A DNA stretch of 64,000 nucleotides from Lama guanicoe (Eukaryota). The stretch spans positions 21,951,280-22,015,279 of the forward strand of contig MU054187.1 in NCBI GenBank assembly GCA_013239625.1, given 5' to 3'. Made by a program: the position numbers and the translations under genes. The notes below the pieces were generated by a model that ran no database searches, was not told where the DNA came from, and saw nothing but the letters and a program-made list of their open reading frames with translations. Below are positions 33,302-45,852 of the stretch, piece after piece (position 1 is the stretch's first letter; each line of letters begins with the position of its first letter).

Positions 33302-35319
33302 ACAGATAAGGGTGATCCAATAATTTATAAACAAGTAACATCCTAATGAAATTGAACCATGTTGTTCTGTATGTGATCAGAAGTACGTTAAATGGAACTC
33401 CACAATGCATGACCTCTTGAGGAAAAATAAATTCAAGCCGAATTGAATTTCTGAAGACATTATTCAAACTTCTAATGTGAATTCAGTTCTAATACCATCA
33501 ATTCCTGGCCGTGTGACCCAAATCAGGGTTTCTAATGTTACAGAGGCTTAATTTGCAAAGGGTTTAAAGCTGAAGGAGAACTGAATAGATTCACATGTAA
33601 GGCAGATGACTGGCAGTTGAGTAGAGGGTGGATATGAGGGAACCAAGAATGGGAAACCTGGTAGGAGACCATATTAAGCAAGTGAGAAATGATGGTGACA
33701 TTGTCGCGATGGTAACACCTGAATCAGAAGACTTGGGGTAGGGATGGTGAGAAGTGGGTGTGTTTGACTGAGACACTCAGTGATCAAACTGATGTTGGAA
33801 ACCAGAATGGTAAAACCAATGGTGGCATCCTTGTTTCTGCCTTGGGCCACTGTGGAGTCATTCACTTAGGCAGGGAACACAGGAGGTCAATGCACAGGTT
33901 TTGTGGACTGTGGTGGGCTCACATCTCTGCGTGCTGAGTTCGAACTACCTGTGACACTTTGCAGAGGAGAAATGCGGTTGGAAGAGAATGGAGCCAGAAA
34001 GACTTCCTGTGGGAAGTGAAAGCTAAAGTGGGACCTGAGGTGTGAGTAGAGGTTATCCCAGTGAAGATGGGAGCAGATGTGGAAATTAAAAGAGAAAGGT
34101 TTGATAATGACAATGGGGCTGCACATGTGTGAATAAGGAAGTGGCTCACTACAAATGCACAAGAACTAAAGGCTGGCTGCCATCTGGACATGCTAAGAAA
34201 TGCCCTTCATTTTCAACACTAGAACAGGAGACCTACCTTTGTGATGCTGTTACATTTTTTTTCAAATAGCTGTAATTATTCCCTGCAGATCCAGCCTATT
34301 CTTTTCCATCATAGCTTCTTTAAAAATATTCTTTGCTCCCCGAACACTGGCATTGTAGTCTTCTTTCATGCCTTTGGCTTCATAGTGGTATATGCTTTTG
34401 AGCTGTCAGATGGAGGCTGCCAGGGCAGAAAGGGCATTCTGAGCATTTTCCAAAGACAAAGATCGGGATGTCCTTCACCCAGAATTTTCATTAGGAACTG
34501 CACACCCACAAAAGTAGGACAGGCATGGAACACTGAGCGGCACATTCTGAATTAAAATTAGGGTTTGGTTGTGAAATGGCTCTCTTGTTTAAAAACCACA
34601 TCCTTTCAGAAGGACTTAGAAAGCCAAAAGCTTCCATCATCTTCTTCATGAATATGAAGTATTTATAGCACTTTGTTAATTTGGATCTCTTTTATTTTGC
34701 TACCCAGAGAGTTGAAACAGACTGAAGACTTTGAAGCCTGTTTGACCACTTGGCTGTGTGAAGAATCGTGTCAAAACAACCCTGTAGCTAAGTTGCTAGA
34801 ACAAATGCAATAGGACACTTGGAGGGGGGAAAAGAAATCTCATAGGTGGCAAGTCTAAATAACAAACTAAGAAATAGTTGCCTGAAAAAGACTTGTGATA
34901 AGGAAAAACACCCAACAGAGCTAACACTGAGAATTCTTGTTTCATTTTGCCTTGATACAGCTACAAGTATTGAGGATGCTTAATTATTCCGACCTGTGAT
35001 CTTTCTAGCTGGAAAGTACGGATATGCTAAGTCTTGGGAGTCTGGATTTAACTTGGCCCCAAACAAACATTGGATTTGACTTTTTTGTTTTGTTTTTGTA
35101 TATATATTTTGAACATTATATATACATATTTATATACACATGATGCACACATACATTAAGACACATGCATATATTCATATATACATATACTACATTCATA
35201 TATACATACTTCAATACACACACATGCAAATACACAAATCTACACATATATCATTTCATGACTTCTAGGCAAATCCTGCAAGTGGCCTTAACATATTTAA
35301 ATAACTCAGAGAATTTTAT

Positions 35320-35470
35320 TTCGTTTTTTAAAAATATATTATTTATTATTAAATTTTTTTGAGGGGAGGAGGTAATTAGGTTTATTTATTTTAGAGGAGG
35401 TACTGGGGATCAAACCCAGGACCTTGTGCATGCTGAGCATGAGCTCTACCACTTAGCTATGCTTGCCCCA
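35320..35470 (-). mobile_element. tRNA-Ala-derived SINE
   Basis: ggtaattaggtttattt...ggaggtactggggatcaaacccaggacc...ctctaccacttagctat. Confidence 0.88.
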
Positions 35471-38389
35471 TCTAAGAAGATTTTAATGTTGAATAGCTTT
35501 AATGTATGTTTGCTAAAGACCTAGTTGATCTAATTACTAGTCTATGGTAATTCCTTAAGAATGCCATAAAGCAATTTCAGAAGATCAACAAAAAAATTAA
35601 CTAAGACGTTTTTTAAAAAGGTATCATGATTTCTAGTGCATAGGAATTTCATCAAGGTGTAAACAGGCTTGGTTTGGTTGACTTAAATATGTGGTCTGAG
35701 GTCTTGTAGTTTCTTGTTTGCTTGCCTTTCTAGACTTTCCAGAGCCCCTTGATTTTCTCAACATGGCACACTCCAAAAGGTCATCTTGATACCCTGGAGG
35801 TTTCATTAGTTTTTGAGTTTACTGTTATGAAATACATTTCCCCCCAGTAAACAGTTGTAGATGGACACATTTTCTATACATGTCAACGTATTCTGTGCTA
35901 ATTACAAATTATAGGGTTGTCCTGGGGGTTGATTAAAGCTCACAACATCACTGACTGTGTTGTTTTTCTTTTGGTGATTGCCAATTTACTGGTTAAATAA
36001 GATATGTGCAACAAAGATGCTTGTGTGTCTTTGCTCAACACTTGCTTCTTGCTCTCTTCCAGGGGAGTAAATAATTCCAAAGAGTGAATGGCTGATTTTT
36101 GTGGATACATTTTTATCTATAACAGTTTTCATTTCTGAAGAATAAGATCTGATCCTCTAAGATTCCAAAGTCTCTCTCTGTCTCTTTAGAAAATTCCTCT
36201 GTTTCGCATTTTCATCAAATCAGGCTGAGCTGAAGGAGGGGTGGGGAATCAGTTGCTTCTGTTGTTGGTGTGTCTCTTGGGGGACAAAGATATTAGAGAT
36301 ATTGGAAGAATAACAAGAAAAAGAGAAAATAAAATGTCAGAAAATGAGATGTAGAGTTTGTATTTTCAAATGAAAAAGGGAAAAAGGAAAAAACTGGAGT
36401 CCATTCATACAAAAAAATCTACACTTGGTATCTCCAGACACAAATCCTTGCCCTCTTGGTGTGGTTAAGCCCTGTTGGTGACATCAGCTCAGGCAGGACG
36501 ATGCTTCTCTTTTTTTGAACCATCTATAGGGCCCTATCATTATATTCCCTGTGCTTCCCCTCTTTGTAGCCAACGTTTAGGCCAGTAAAAGGAAATCTGG
36601 TCTGGCAGACGAGATCACACTTGTGGAACCTAAAATTCCAGATCAAATTGATCAACAATGTAAAGAAACTCATATATTTGTAAGAGCAGCAGCCTGATCT
36701 TGGAGTCTCTCTAAATAAACAGAGCCACTCTAGCTGGTCCAGATTTTTGTAATTTATTATTAATAAGAATAAATATTTAAGTATCAGTACGTGTTCATTT
36801 CCATATCTGTAGAGGTCAGTGATGAACACTTAAATCTAGCATTTTGGTTTGGTCCTTGGTTGGAGAGTGAACACACGCATAAGTGACTAGATGCACATTA
36901 GCCTCTAAAAGCCCAGCCCCCAGGCAAGACTGGACACCCACAATTGTAGGATAACATTCAGCTGTCAGTACCCCATTAATAAAAGAAATGAGTTGCACAC
37001 TTTGGGCCTTCTTCCATTCCACCAGACCCATCTACCCAGCAGATTCCAGACTCCAATGATATCAAATATTTATACCTATTTGATAAGATTTGTTCCAGAA
37101 CCTGGACTATTAAAAAGAAATTTCTAACCTCAGGACCCAAGTCCTTTTCCCCTAGGACAGGCCAGCCTCTCAGATTATCTGGATCTGCTTCACTCCCTCT
37201 CTACATCATGGAACCTAATATCCCATATTTTATCCTCTTTGGCATCTGGTGGCAAATGACTGCCAATGGCCAGGATTTTAGCTACAAACTTAGCAAGTCT
37301 TATCTTTAAATACAAGACTTCAGGGGTGGGTATAATTTAATATGACTCACCAAGAGATCCAAGTTCCAAATTTTAAAGTCTTGATGGCACTACTTGATTG
37401 CATTACTATTTCATTCATTAATTTACATACACATAACACTCTCATTCACGTCACAGATGTTTTGTGTAGTTATCAATGGTTGGTGAACAGCAGGTAAGCA
37501 AGGTCCATTCAGGGCTGAACTGTTAACAGTGTGCCTTAGAACGTTAATTTCCTGAGTCCAGAAGGGATTGCATCAACCTCTGTGGTAGTCAAGTCTTCAC
37601 TGGAATTATTCAGTGTCTTCCTTCAAATAATTGATTTCCTTTTCTGCATCTCTCCCCTGCGATGAGGCTGGCTTCTTATCAGTAGTGCTGTAAGATTCCT
37701 TAGTTTTATCATTTGGTACAAGATTTCTATCTGGATACCTCTAAACCAGGTGGATCCTTGCTTCAGCCATTCATTGTGGACAAACTGATTGGACTCCCTG
37801 TCTTTCAGCTTTTCTTGAGCCAAATTTAGTTTTGTAACTTGTCATAAAACTTTCCCACACTTAATTCAACCAATGGTACTGACTACATTTCATCTCCTTC
37901 CTCACTGATAACACAAAAGTCCGATGAAAAAGATTCCAATCAACATCACTTGTTACCTGACCATCCTGGGGCTTATACGCGTTTTTGCTCTGTTTACAGT
38001 TGGACTCACAACCTCCTGCCTGGTATTCTCTTTCTTACATTCCTGGGTTTGCCCTTCTACAGAGGGTGGAAATTAGAATGGATGGCTATGATATTCAGGA
38101 GCATCTAGAGGTGAGAGAGTTGAGAAAAGAGACATGATTAGGGAGCAGGCATGTCTGAAAGCCCTGGTACCAACTAGTAGAGTGAAGGAGGTGATGGAAT
38201 GCAATAAAGAACCCCAGTGTTTGGAACATGGATCTAGGACTTTTGCCTTTTAGTCACTGGGATTTGGAGGCTACGTAACAGATGGATGCTCCTTAGTAAG
38301 CCAGAGGCAACACGAAGAAGGGATGTTGCCTGTCTTGTTTAGCATGGCAACCCTCACACCAAGCCTACAGGGTTTGGCATGTAGTGACA

Positions 38390-38560
38390 ATGACAAGCAT
38401 CTCAATGAATCCTCACATCAAATTGATGAGATTATTACTAGTATTTCTCCCAATTTTACAAATGAGGAAAGTGAGACACAGAAAGGTTCAGTAGTTTGTG
38501 CAAAGGGACACAGCTCAGAAGAGATGGAGACAGTATTCCAACTCTGGCATCTGGCTTCAG
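38390..38560 (-). mobile_element. MIR SINE
   Basis: cccaattttacaaatgaggaaagtgagacacagaaaggttcagta. Confidence 0.7.
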
Positions 38561-39404
38561 GCCCATGCATGACCATGAGTTTAGAAAGGAAGAGAGTCAA
38601 GGAGTGAAGGAAGCAATGGGCTTGAGAATCACCATCTCTCCCTTTATGGAAAACAGCATCAAGGCTTTCTTGAAGAAGAGTGGATACTTTGAAAACCAAA
38701 GAACAGTAGGTTTCTGGAAGACTTAGTGGTCCTAAATCTATTGGTCATAAGAGTAGACACCTGATGCTTGTACGATGCCACCTTATGTATGCCTGAACTC
38801 CAGAGATTAAACGTTAGAAAGGTGCTGAACTCGAGACTATCAAAGGGCAGCAACCACAAGAAAACTTTAACTTTGCTGCTGGCAGAGATGGCCTTCTAAA
38901 AGTGGGACAGCCTGGTCTGGTAGTGAACAGAGATTTGATATCTTATAGGAACTGAGATTGGCTGGGAAAAGAGGAGAACGAAGAAACAAACAAAAAAATG
39001 TGACAGAGAACGAGACAGAGGTTCTTGGACATGGAAGGCTAAGGATAAACAAATCCATTCTGTGCAGGTTTAACAAGAAAAATGGGCCTTAATGGGCTTG
39101 AGTGAGTCCATTTATGTTTCAAGGCTCATCAAGAAAAACTAGGGCCAGGGGGTTTTCTGCACTTGGTGTGTAGGGTATAGGGATTTGCACAAAAGATCTG
39201 AAGCCTTCATGCTTCCAGGCTCTGCGGGCCAGTGGGAATGGAAGCCATGTCTCAGAGCCTTTCCTCAATCCCAAGGCTCATTACTGGGGGCCACCATGCT
39301 CAGCATTCAAAAGTGAATAAAACTTTGCTAAAGACATAAATGAAATAAAATTATTATGACATATTAGAAATGACCAAAAGACTTACCATGATTAGTATTA
39401 TGAA

Positions 39405-39670
39405 GCATGTCATTATGCATTTGTCAAAGCCCATAGAATGTACAACATCAAGAGTGAACCCTAATGTAAGCTATGGAATTTGGTTGATAATAATGTGTCC
39501 ATGGTGGTACATTGATTGTACCAAATACGTCCCACTGATGAGAGATGTTAAGGGTAAGGGAGTACATATGTGTTGGTGTGGAGGGCTATGTGGGAACTCT
39601 GTATTTTCTGCTCAATTCTATTTAAACCTGAAACTGCTCTAAAAAAATAAAGTCTATTAATTAAAAAAAA
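39405..39670 (+). mobile_element. L1MC1-like 3' end
   Basis: catgtcattatgcatttgtcaaagcccatagaatgtac...aactgctctaaaaaaataaagtctattaa. Confidence 0.85.
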
Positions 39671-40529
39671 ACCCTCTAGAATTTGACAAAGCAACTTTAA
39701 TGACTAATCTTAGGGTGCCAGTACATTATAGATATTCATAGTCTATTAAAATTATGATATGGCCTGGTTAGAATATGAAAATAAAAATTCAGCATCTTCG
39801 TATTTGTTGTTTATAACTAAAATATTAATGAACTATTTTTGCTAACAAACTGTTCATTTTTATATTTTGTATTACTCTGGTAACTTGTAAGAATAGAATC
39901 CCTGAAACACTTGTAATTATATCTCGTGTTGTTAAAAAAAGGTGGGGGGGGAATACTTTTACAGTTTTTCAGTTGAATTCATTGCCTTTAAAATTAATGC
40001 TATATATGTGGAAAATTTTAAAAATAAAAAAGTAAAAAGTATTATGAAGCAAAAATATTTAAGAAGGTCCAATAAATAGTTAAGTACTCATTTTACTCCA
40101 ACTATCAATTTTGCTTATCCACTGCCCCTGTGAAAGTTTTCAGCCTCATAAAAGGTGTCAGCATGAGGATGTCTTTTGTATTCTGTTTACTTTTTAAAGA
40201 AAAGTCTCATTAGCATGACAACATCTAACAATAAAGGAAAAATTTTTTCCACACACTACCATCACTCAGACAAATCAATCTTCATTTTTTCTAAATTACT
40301 TTTTTACATTCCTACATTTCTGCATTATTCTTACTTATAACTTTTAATAATCCATTGCTGTAATACAAAAGTCTGTGCATTTTCTCACATTGAAACTCAA
40401 GTGATGAGTTGATCATGCCCTTAGTTTATGATGCTCCCTCATGCTTAGTGCAGTCAAGACCCTTCTTGTCTCCTTTTCTTTATTAATGTTTTTCCTGACG
40501 CCCAAGCACATGCTATTCTCTGATAGACA

Positions 40530-41870
40530 TCTAATTTTTGGATACATATGTTCCCTTCTAAAACATATTTGTACGAGTTTAAAATGTGCATACGTGGCAT
40601 TTTGTTGTAGACAACTAAATTGCTTCCAATTTCCAGGAAACAAAAAATGTTGCAATGAAAATCCTTGCAAACGTCACATAATGGACTTTGAGAGCATCTC
40701 CCTGAGATCTATTGCCGAGAGTGGGTTGCTGGGTCCCTGGGCTTTCTGCATGATGGTTTCATTAAGTGCTGTCAAGTTGTTCTTCAGGGCAACTCGAAGC
40801 CTCTGCTCTCATCAATAATGCAGGAGAACTTCAGTTTACACACGTTCTCATCAATATTGGGCAGCATCCACATTTTAAAAATTTTCTACTTTAATGGCTC
40901 TAAAGTGATGTCTCGTTGTTTAATCTTCATTTCTTTGGTTACTGATGAGTTTAAGGGTTTCTTACTCATTCAGTTTCCTTTTTTGTGTGTGATTCTTATT
41001 CTAGTACTTGTTCATTTTCCTTTTCTTTTGATTTGCAAGGGTTTCCTATTTTTAAGATATTAATCCTTTGGCAGTTTTAGGTATTACTGGTATCTTCTAT
41101 CATTCTGTTACCTGTCAACTTTGCCTGTAGTATTTTTTGTGGAAGAGAGATCCCTAATTTTGATATAGTCAAATTTCTCAATTTGATAAGCATATCTTAT
41201 ATGCCTTGTTTAAGTACATATTTAATTTATTTTATTTGTATAAAACAAAGATTCAGTTTATTTTTCTGTATATACCAAGTAAGAGATTTCCCAACAAAAT
41301 TTACTAAACAATGAATTGTTCTCCATTGGTTTTGATGCCCCTTTCATCATAAAGTTTATACACATGTAAAATTATATATCTATATAATACATAATATAGA
41401 TGCATTTATATTAGTTCTTTTATCTGTCTATTTATCTGTCTATTTTCCACCAATATCATTTTCTTTTTGTTACTAAGTCTTCAGAGCTCTAATATGTGGC
41501 AGAAATAGCATCTTTCTCTGCTCTTATTTTTGCCTTGCTGAGCTATTCATGGATTTTATATTTCATGTTAATCCTAGAATAAGTGTTTACACAGTTTTGG
41601 AAAATGTTGCTAAAATTTTTATTTGGATTATGACAAGTTTAAAGATTATTATGGAGGAATATTGACACTTTATTGTGAAAGTTGCCCATTTGTGAATGTG
41701 AGATATCTTTCCACTTATTCACATGTTAATGTCCTCTCAAGCACTTAAAAATATTCTCTATAAAGATATTGTACTGTCATTTAATTAATTCCTAGATACT
41801 TTATAGTTGTGTTGCTATTATTAGAAGTATTTCATTTTCTGTGCCCTTTCCTGGTTGGTAGTTGAAAGAG
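40530..41870 (-). mobile_element. Very old L1 (L1ME/L1M-type) fragment
   Basis: Degenerate antisense ORF2/3' text (aattgcttccaatttcc, gttgtttaatcttcatttctttggttact, gatattaatcctttg, attcctagatacttt). Confidence 0.65.
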
Positions 41871-42076
41871 CAGAGGTTGTCAAACTATGACCCAGAGGTC
41901 AAATCTGACCCACCGCCTGTTTTTGTAAGTAAAGTTCTATTGGGATGTGGCCATGTCCATTCATTTACATACTATCTCTGACTGCTTTCCTGCCACAATA
42001 ACACATTGACTTTAAAGTCTGCAAAGGTGAAAGTGTTTACTAACTTACTTTTACAGAAAAAGTATGCCAACCCGCA
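41871..42076. mobile_element. MER58A-like hAT DNA transposon
   Basis: cagaggttgtcaaactatgaccc...caccgcctgtttttgtaagtaaagtt...ttacagaaaaagtatgccaaccc with terminal inverted repeats. Confidence 0.8.
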
Positions 42077-42254
42077 GGGTACAAGGAAACACTGATCTTG
42101 TGTGATGCAGTTATTCTAAAGCCTTGTTAGTTCTAATAGGTTATCTCTTACTTTTGGATTCTTACATGATATATTCCTTTCTCTTATCTTATATTGTTGG
42201 CCATGATCTCTAATATTATGTAACAACTAATCCTCCAAGATTAATATTTCACCT

Positions 42255-42550
42255 CCCCACTCCTCTTGGCTTCCACCTCTTTTCTTGGGGCATTTGCAGT
42301 TTTTACCTCTGCCTGGAACACTCTTTTTTCCCACTGTCCACCTGGCTTTCAGGTCCCTCAGGTCTCTGCTCAAGTGCCACTTAGCAGTGAAGCCTTTGGC
42401 CACTGACAGCTCCCCTTTCCCCTGCCCCCATGCATTGCTTTCTTGGTACTTCTCAGCATCTGACACAATGTATTTACATGTTTATATGTTCATCATCTAT
42501 ATCCAAAGTGGAATAAAAAATAGAACATATACCTTCCATGAGAGCAGGAA
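42255..42550 (+). mobile_element. L2 fragment
   Basis: gggcatttgcagttttacctctgcctggaacactctt...tcaggtctctgctcaagtgccac...ccttccatgagagcagg. Confidence 0.65.
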
Positions 42551-45082
42551 GGAATATTGGAAGACTTGGAGGAGAAAAAAGAGCTGGGTTTGGGACATGT
42601 GGAGTATGAAGGTTATGGTCAACATTTAGGAGGAAATACCCCCTTGTCTATATGGTTGTATATATGGGTCTGAAGCTCGGGAGAGAACTATGAGCTGAAA
42701 ATACTGATGTGAGTGTCATTAGCCCATTGTTTGGCATCAAGCATCCATAAGAACTTGTCTCAACTGTTTGCTGATTAAAACGTTTGTTAATAAGTCTTCA
42801 TATTATTTTTTAGGACTTTTTGCATTTTAATGAGATACTTTCCAAGACCAGAAAACCCTTAGAGATCTAGAAGAGGCTCTATTTTAGGGAAAAGATGGGC
42901 AATGAACTGGGAATTATTTTAAGACTATCATTCTCCAAAGTGGGCTGTGTCTAAGGAAAGTGCTCTAGAGTGCCCTCTACAGGATTGAGTCAAACCGGGG
43001 AGGAATTTAAGCGTAGCCACAGTCTAAGCAAGAGGAGAATTCAGCCAAGGACGACCAGCCATTCTACAAAAATATTCGTATTTATTGATGGTGGCATGTT
43101 CCGAGTAGGGTGGAGTGGGTGAAAGGGTCACGGTGGAGACAGCACATGAGCCGTGAACCCAGTTTATGACAGGGATAAAAATAGAAGAGACAGTTGAGAA
43201 TATAACTAGATTGCAAAGTGGACTATTACTAAATAAAGAACGAACAGGTGCCCACAGCTCTTGGGCTAACTGGAACGAGTGACCTTGTTGGAAAGGTGAG
43301 CCTCCCTCCCCACGCTCAGTGGGTGATCTCACTCTGCCACAGCTACACAACAGGAAAAGGGCCTAGTCTAAGAGCCATGCTGGCTGGGAAATTCTGACTC
43401 TTCTCTCTTCAGGGGCTTTTCCCCTTGAGATCCACTTCTCACTTTGCAAGATCTGCTGACTAGTGTCTGACATCAGAGTCCCAAGTCTGTCACAGCCTAA
43501 ACATTCTCATGGGAGCACATCCTAACTCTGCACTGGGGCCTTCTTACTGGACTCCTTAACTGATGAAGATCACCTGGAATCTCAGTGAGTCTCATGCAAA
43601 CAGCCACCAATTCTCAGAGAGATCCTCAGACAATTATCTGGGGACTTGCTGAAGGAGTCTTCAGAAGCATCCCTTCGACTGAGACCCTCCCCATCCTCTC
43701 TAGGAATCCCAGGCTGGATTTGGTTCCTTTCTGGCTGATTTCTGGCTAATAAATGAGAACTGACAATGTTAAAAGACTGAGAGATGATTCTAACAGAACA
43801 TTTAGGATAATTGGGAACTTTTTAAAATCCCCCCCTCCTTTTTGGTTACAGATTGTGTCATCCTTAGCTCCTTCACTCCTTGGCTCTATTTCAGGTCGGT
43901 GAGAGACAGTGAGTCACCATCAGCAAGTGAGGAAATTTGAGCAATAAACAGGAGCTCTGATTTTCACTGTCATATTTTAATTATGGATAGTTTTTCTCAT
44001 TTGGAACTTTCCTAGGTTTCAAAATTTTGTAAACCAGAGAGTAAATGTATAGAAATATCTCAATAGAATATACAGACAGATATGAAAGCAGACAGACAGA
44101 TGGATGGATGGAGTGATAGGATGTAATAGAGAAAGGAGAGGTAAAGAGGGACAGACATACAGACAGTCTAGTCTTTCTTTTTAGTCTTAGGAGTGACTTT
44201 GTTAAAAGGTATTAGCTGATCCAGAAGACTTTGTATGGGAGTCGCATTTTGGGATCTGAAGAGTTCCAGGTCTTTCCAATCAATTACCAGTAGCTTGAAC
44301 ACTTGAAGCCTTATTTTCACTCTCTCTTCTGTCAAACTAAAGGAAAACAATTGTGATTCAAATAAAACTAGCGCATTTTAAGACCAGTCCCAGTTAGGCA
44401 TTAATGCAAAAGGAAGAAAGACAGACAGACCATTCCAGCTTTACTGAAAAGCTCTTGAAGATATTCAAATGGGAATTCCACAGCAGAGTTTATATGGTAC
44501 ATTCATTATAAATGAAACCTCCTAAAATCTGTTGTTAGATGTCACTTCTTCTCCCCCAAATTCTCTTTGTTTATTCAAATGTCTGCACACCCTCAACTTT
44601 GTTCTGTCTGTCTTTTCAGATGAGCATTTTATATGGAGCAATCCATTCCCTCCCTAAAAAGGCTTACTAGAATGTGTGTGTGTGTGTTTGGGGAGGGGGG
44701 TGCTATTATTACTTATTTTTGTTTTTGTTTTATGGAGATTGACCCTTTCTTTCTCATTAGGAACAGAAGTTAAAGACGTATGGAAATGTAAACTTGCCTT
44801 TGTGGTATTAAAGATTTCTTTCAAAAGTTATGAAGTATTTGCCTAATCAGTTGTCCTCCCTGTAGTCCTGAGAGCTGGCATCTCCTTGACAAGGAGGGAG
44901 GGAGGAAGGAGGGAAAGGAAGCTAAGAATCCTTTGGGGAGTAAAGAGGAAGTGCATGCCTTTCTCTCATGGAAACATCACAGGATGAAGTCTGAAGACCT
45001 GGCTCCAGGCCCCAGCAGGCTGCTCCTGCTGACTGGCCTTGGGCAGGTCACCCAGTCACATGGTGCCTCCCCTTCCCTCCCG

Positions 45083-45227
45083 CATCAGTAGTGTGGAGTA
45101 CTGGTCTACCTTCATCAACCTTAGCTACAGCCCTGCAAGTGAATCAATCATCAGTAGTGTGGAGTACTGGTCTACCAGTACTGGTCTACCTTCATCAACC
45201 TTAGCTACAGCCCTGCAAGTGAATCAA
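45083..45227. repeat. Local tandem duplication (65 bp x2, with a nested 14-bp duplication in copy 2)
   Basis: Copy 1 45083-45147; copy 2 45149-45227 is identical apart from an extra agtactggtctacc. Confidence 0.95.
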
Positions 45228-45461
45228 GAGGCTTGGTGATGATTTAGTCTGTCATCAGGCAAGTCTTGGCTCTCCTCTTAGCCTCAATCTCTCCATCCAT
45301 TAAATGGGGTCGTTGTGAGGCACATGGGAGATGATAGACATGAAGCTGCTTTGAGAATTATAAACACAATCCAAAATGAAGAGACTTCATGGATCTGAGA
45401 GAAAGAGTCACGGTTCTCCCTCCTTTGAATGAACTTCTGGGGAAGGTTTTTGGTGTAGGGA

Positions 45462-45852
45462 ACTTATTCATTTGCTAGTGCTGTCATAACAAATACCACA
45501 GACTGAATGACTTAAACAACAGAAATTTATTTTTTCACAGCTCTGGAGGCCAGAAGTCAAAGGTCAAGGTGTCAGCAGGGTTGGTTTCATTCTGAGGCTT
45601 CTCCCCTTGGCTGGTAGATGGCCATCCTCTCCCTTCGTCTTCACACTGTCTTCCCTCTGTGTATGTCTGTGTCATAATCCCCTTTTCTTATAAGGATACC
45701 AGTCACAGTGGACTTAGTCTCACCCCAAAGACCTCATTTACTCTAATTACCATTTTAAAGGACTTATCTCCAAATACAGTCACATCCCAAGATATAGGTG
45801 TTAGGATTCAACATATGAGTTTTGGGGAAAACACAATTCAGCCCCTAAGGAC
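45462..45852 (-). mobile_element. MaLR solo LTR (MLT1B-like)
   Basis: gctgtcataacaaataccacagactg...cttaaacaacagaaatttat...acacaattcagccc. Confidence 0.85.

Noticed and set aside
45039..45239. Repeat-spacer-like pattern and repeated peptide ISSVEYWST
   Set aside because: Not CRISPR: two copies only, no unique spacers, no cas genes, eukaryotic DNA. It is a simple tandem duplication.
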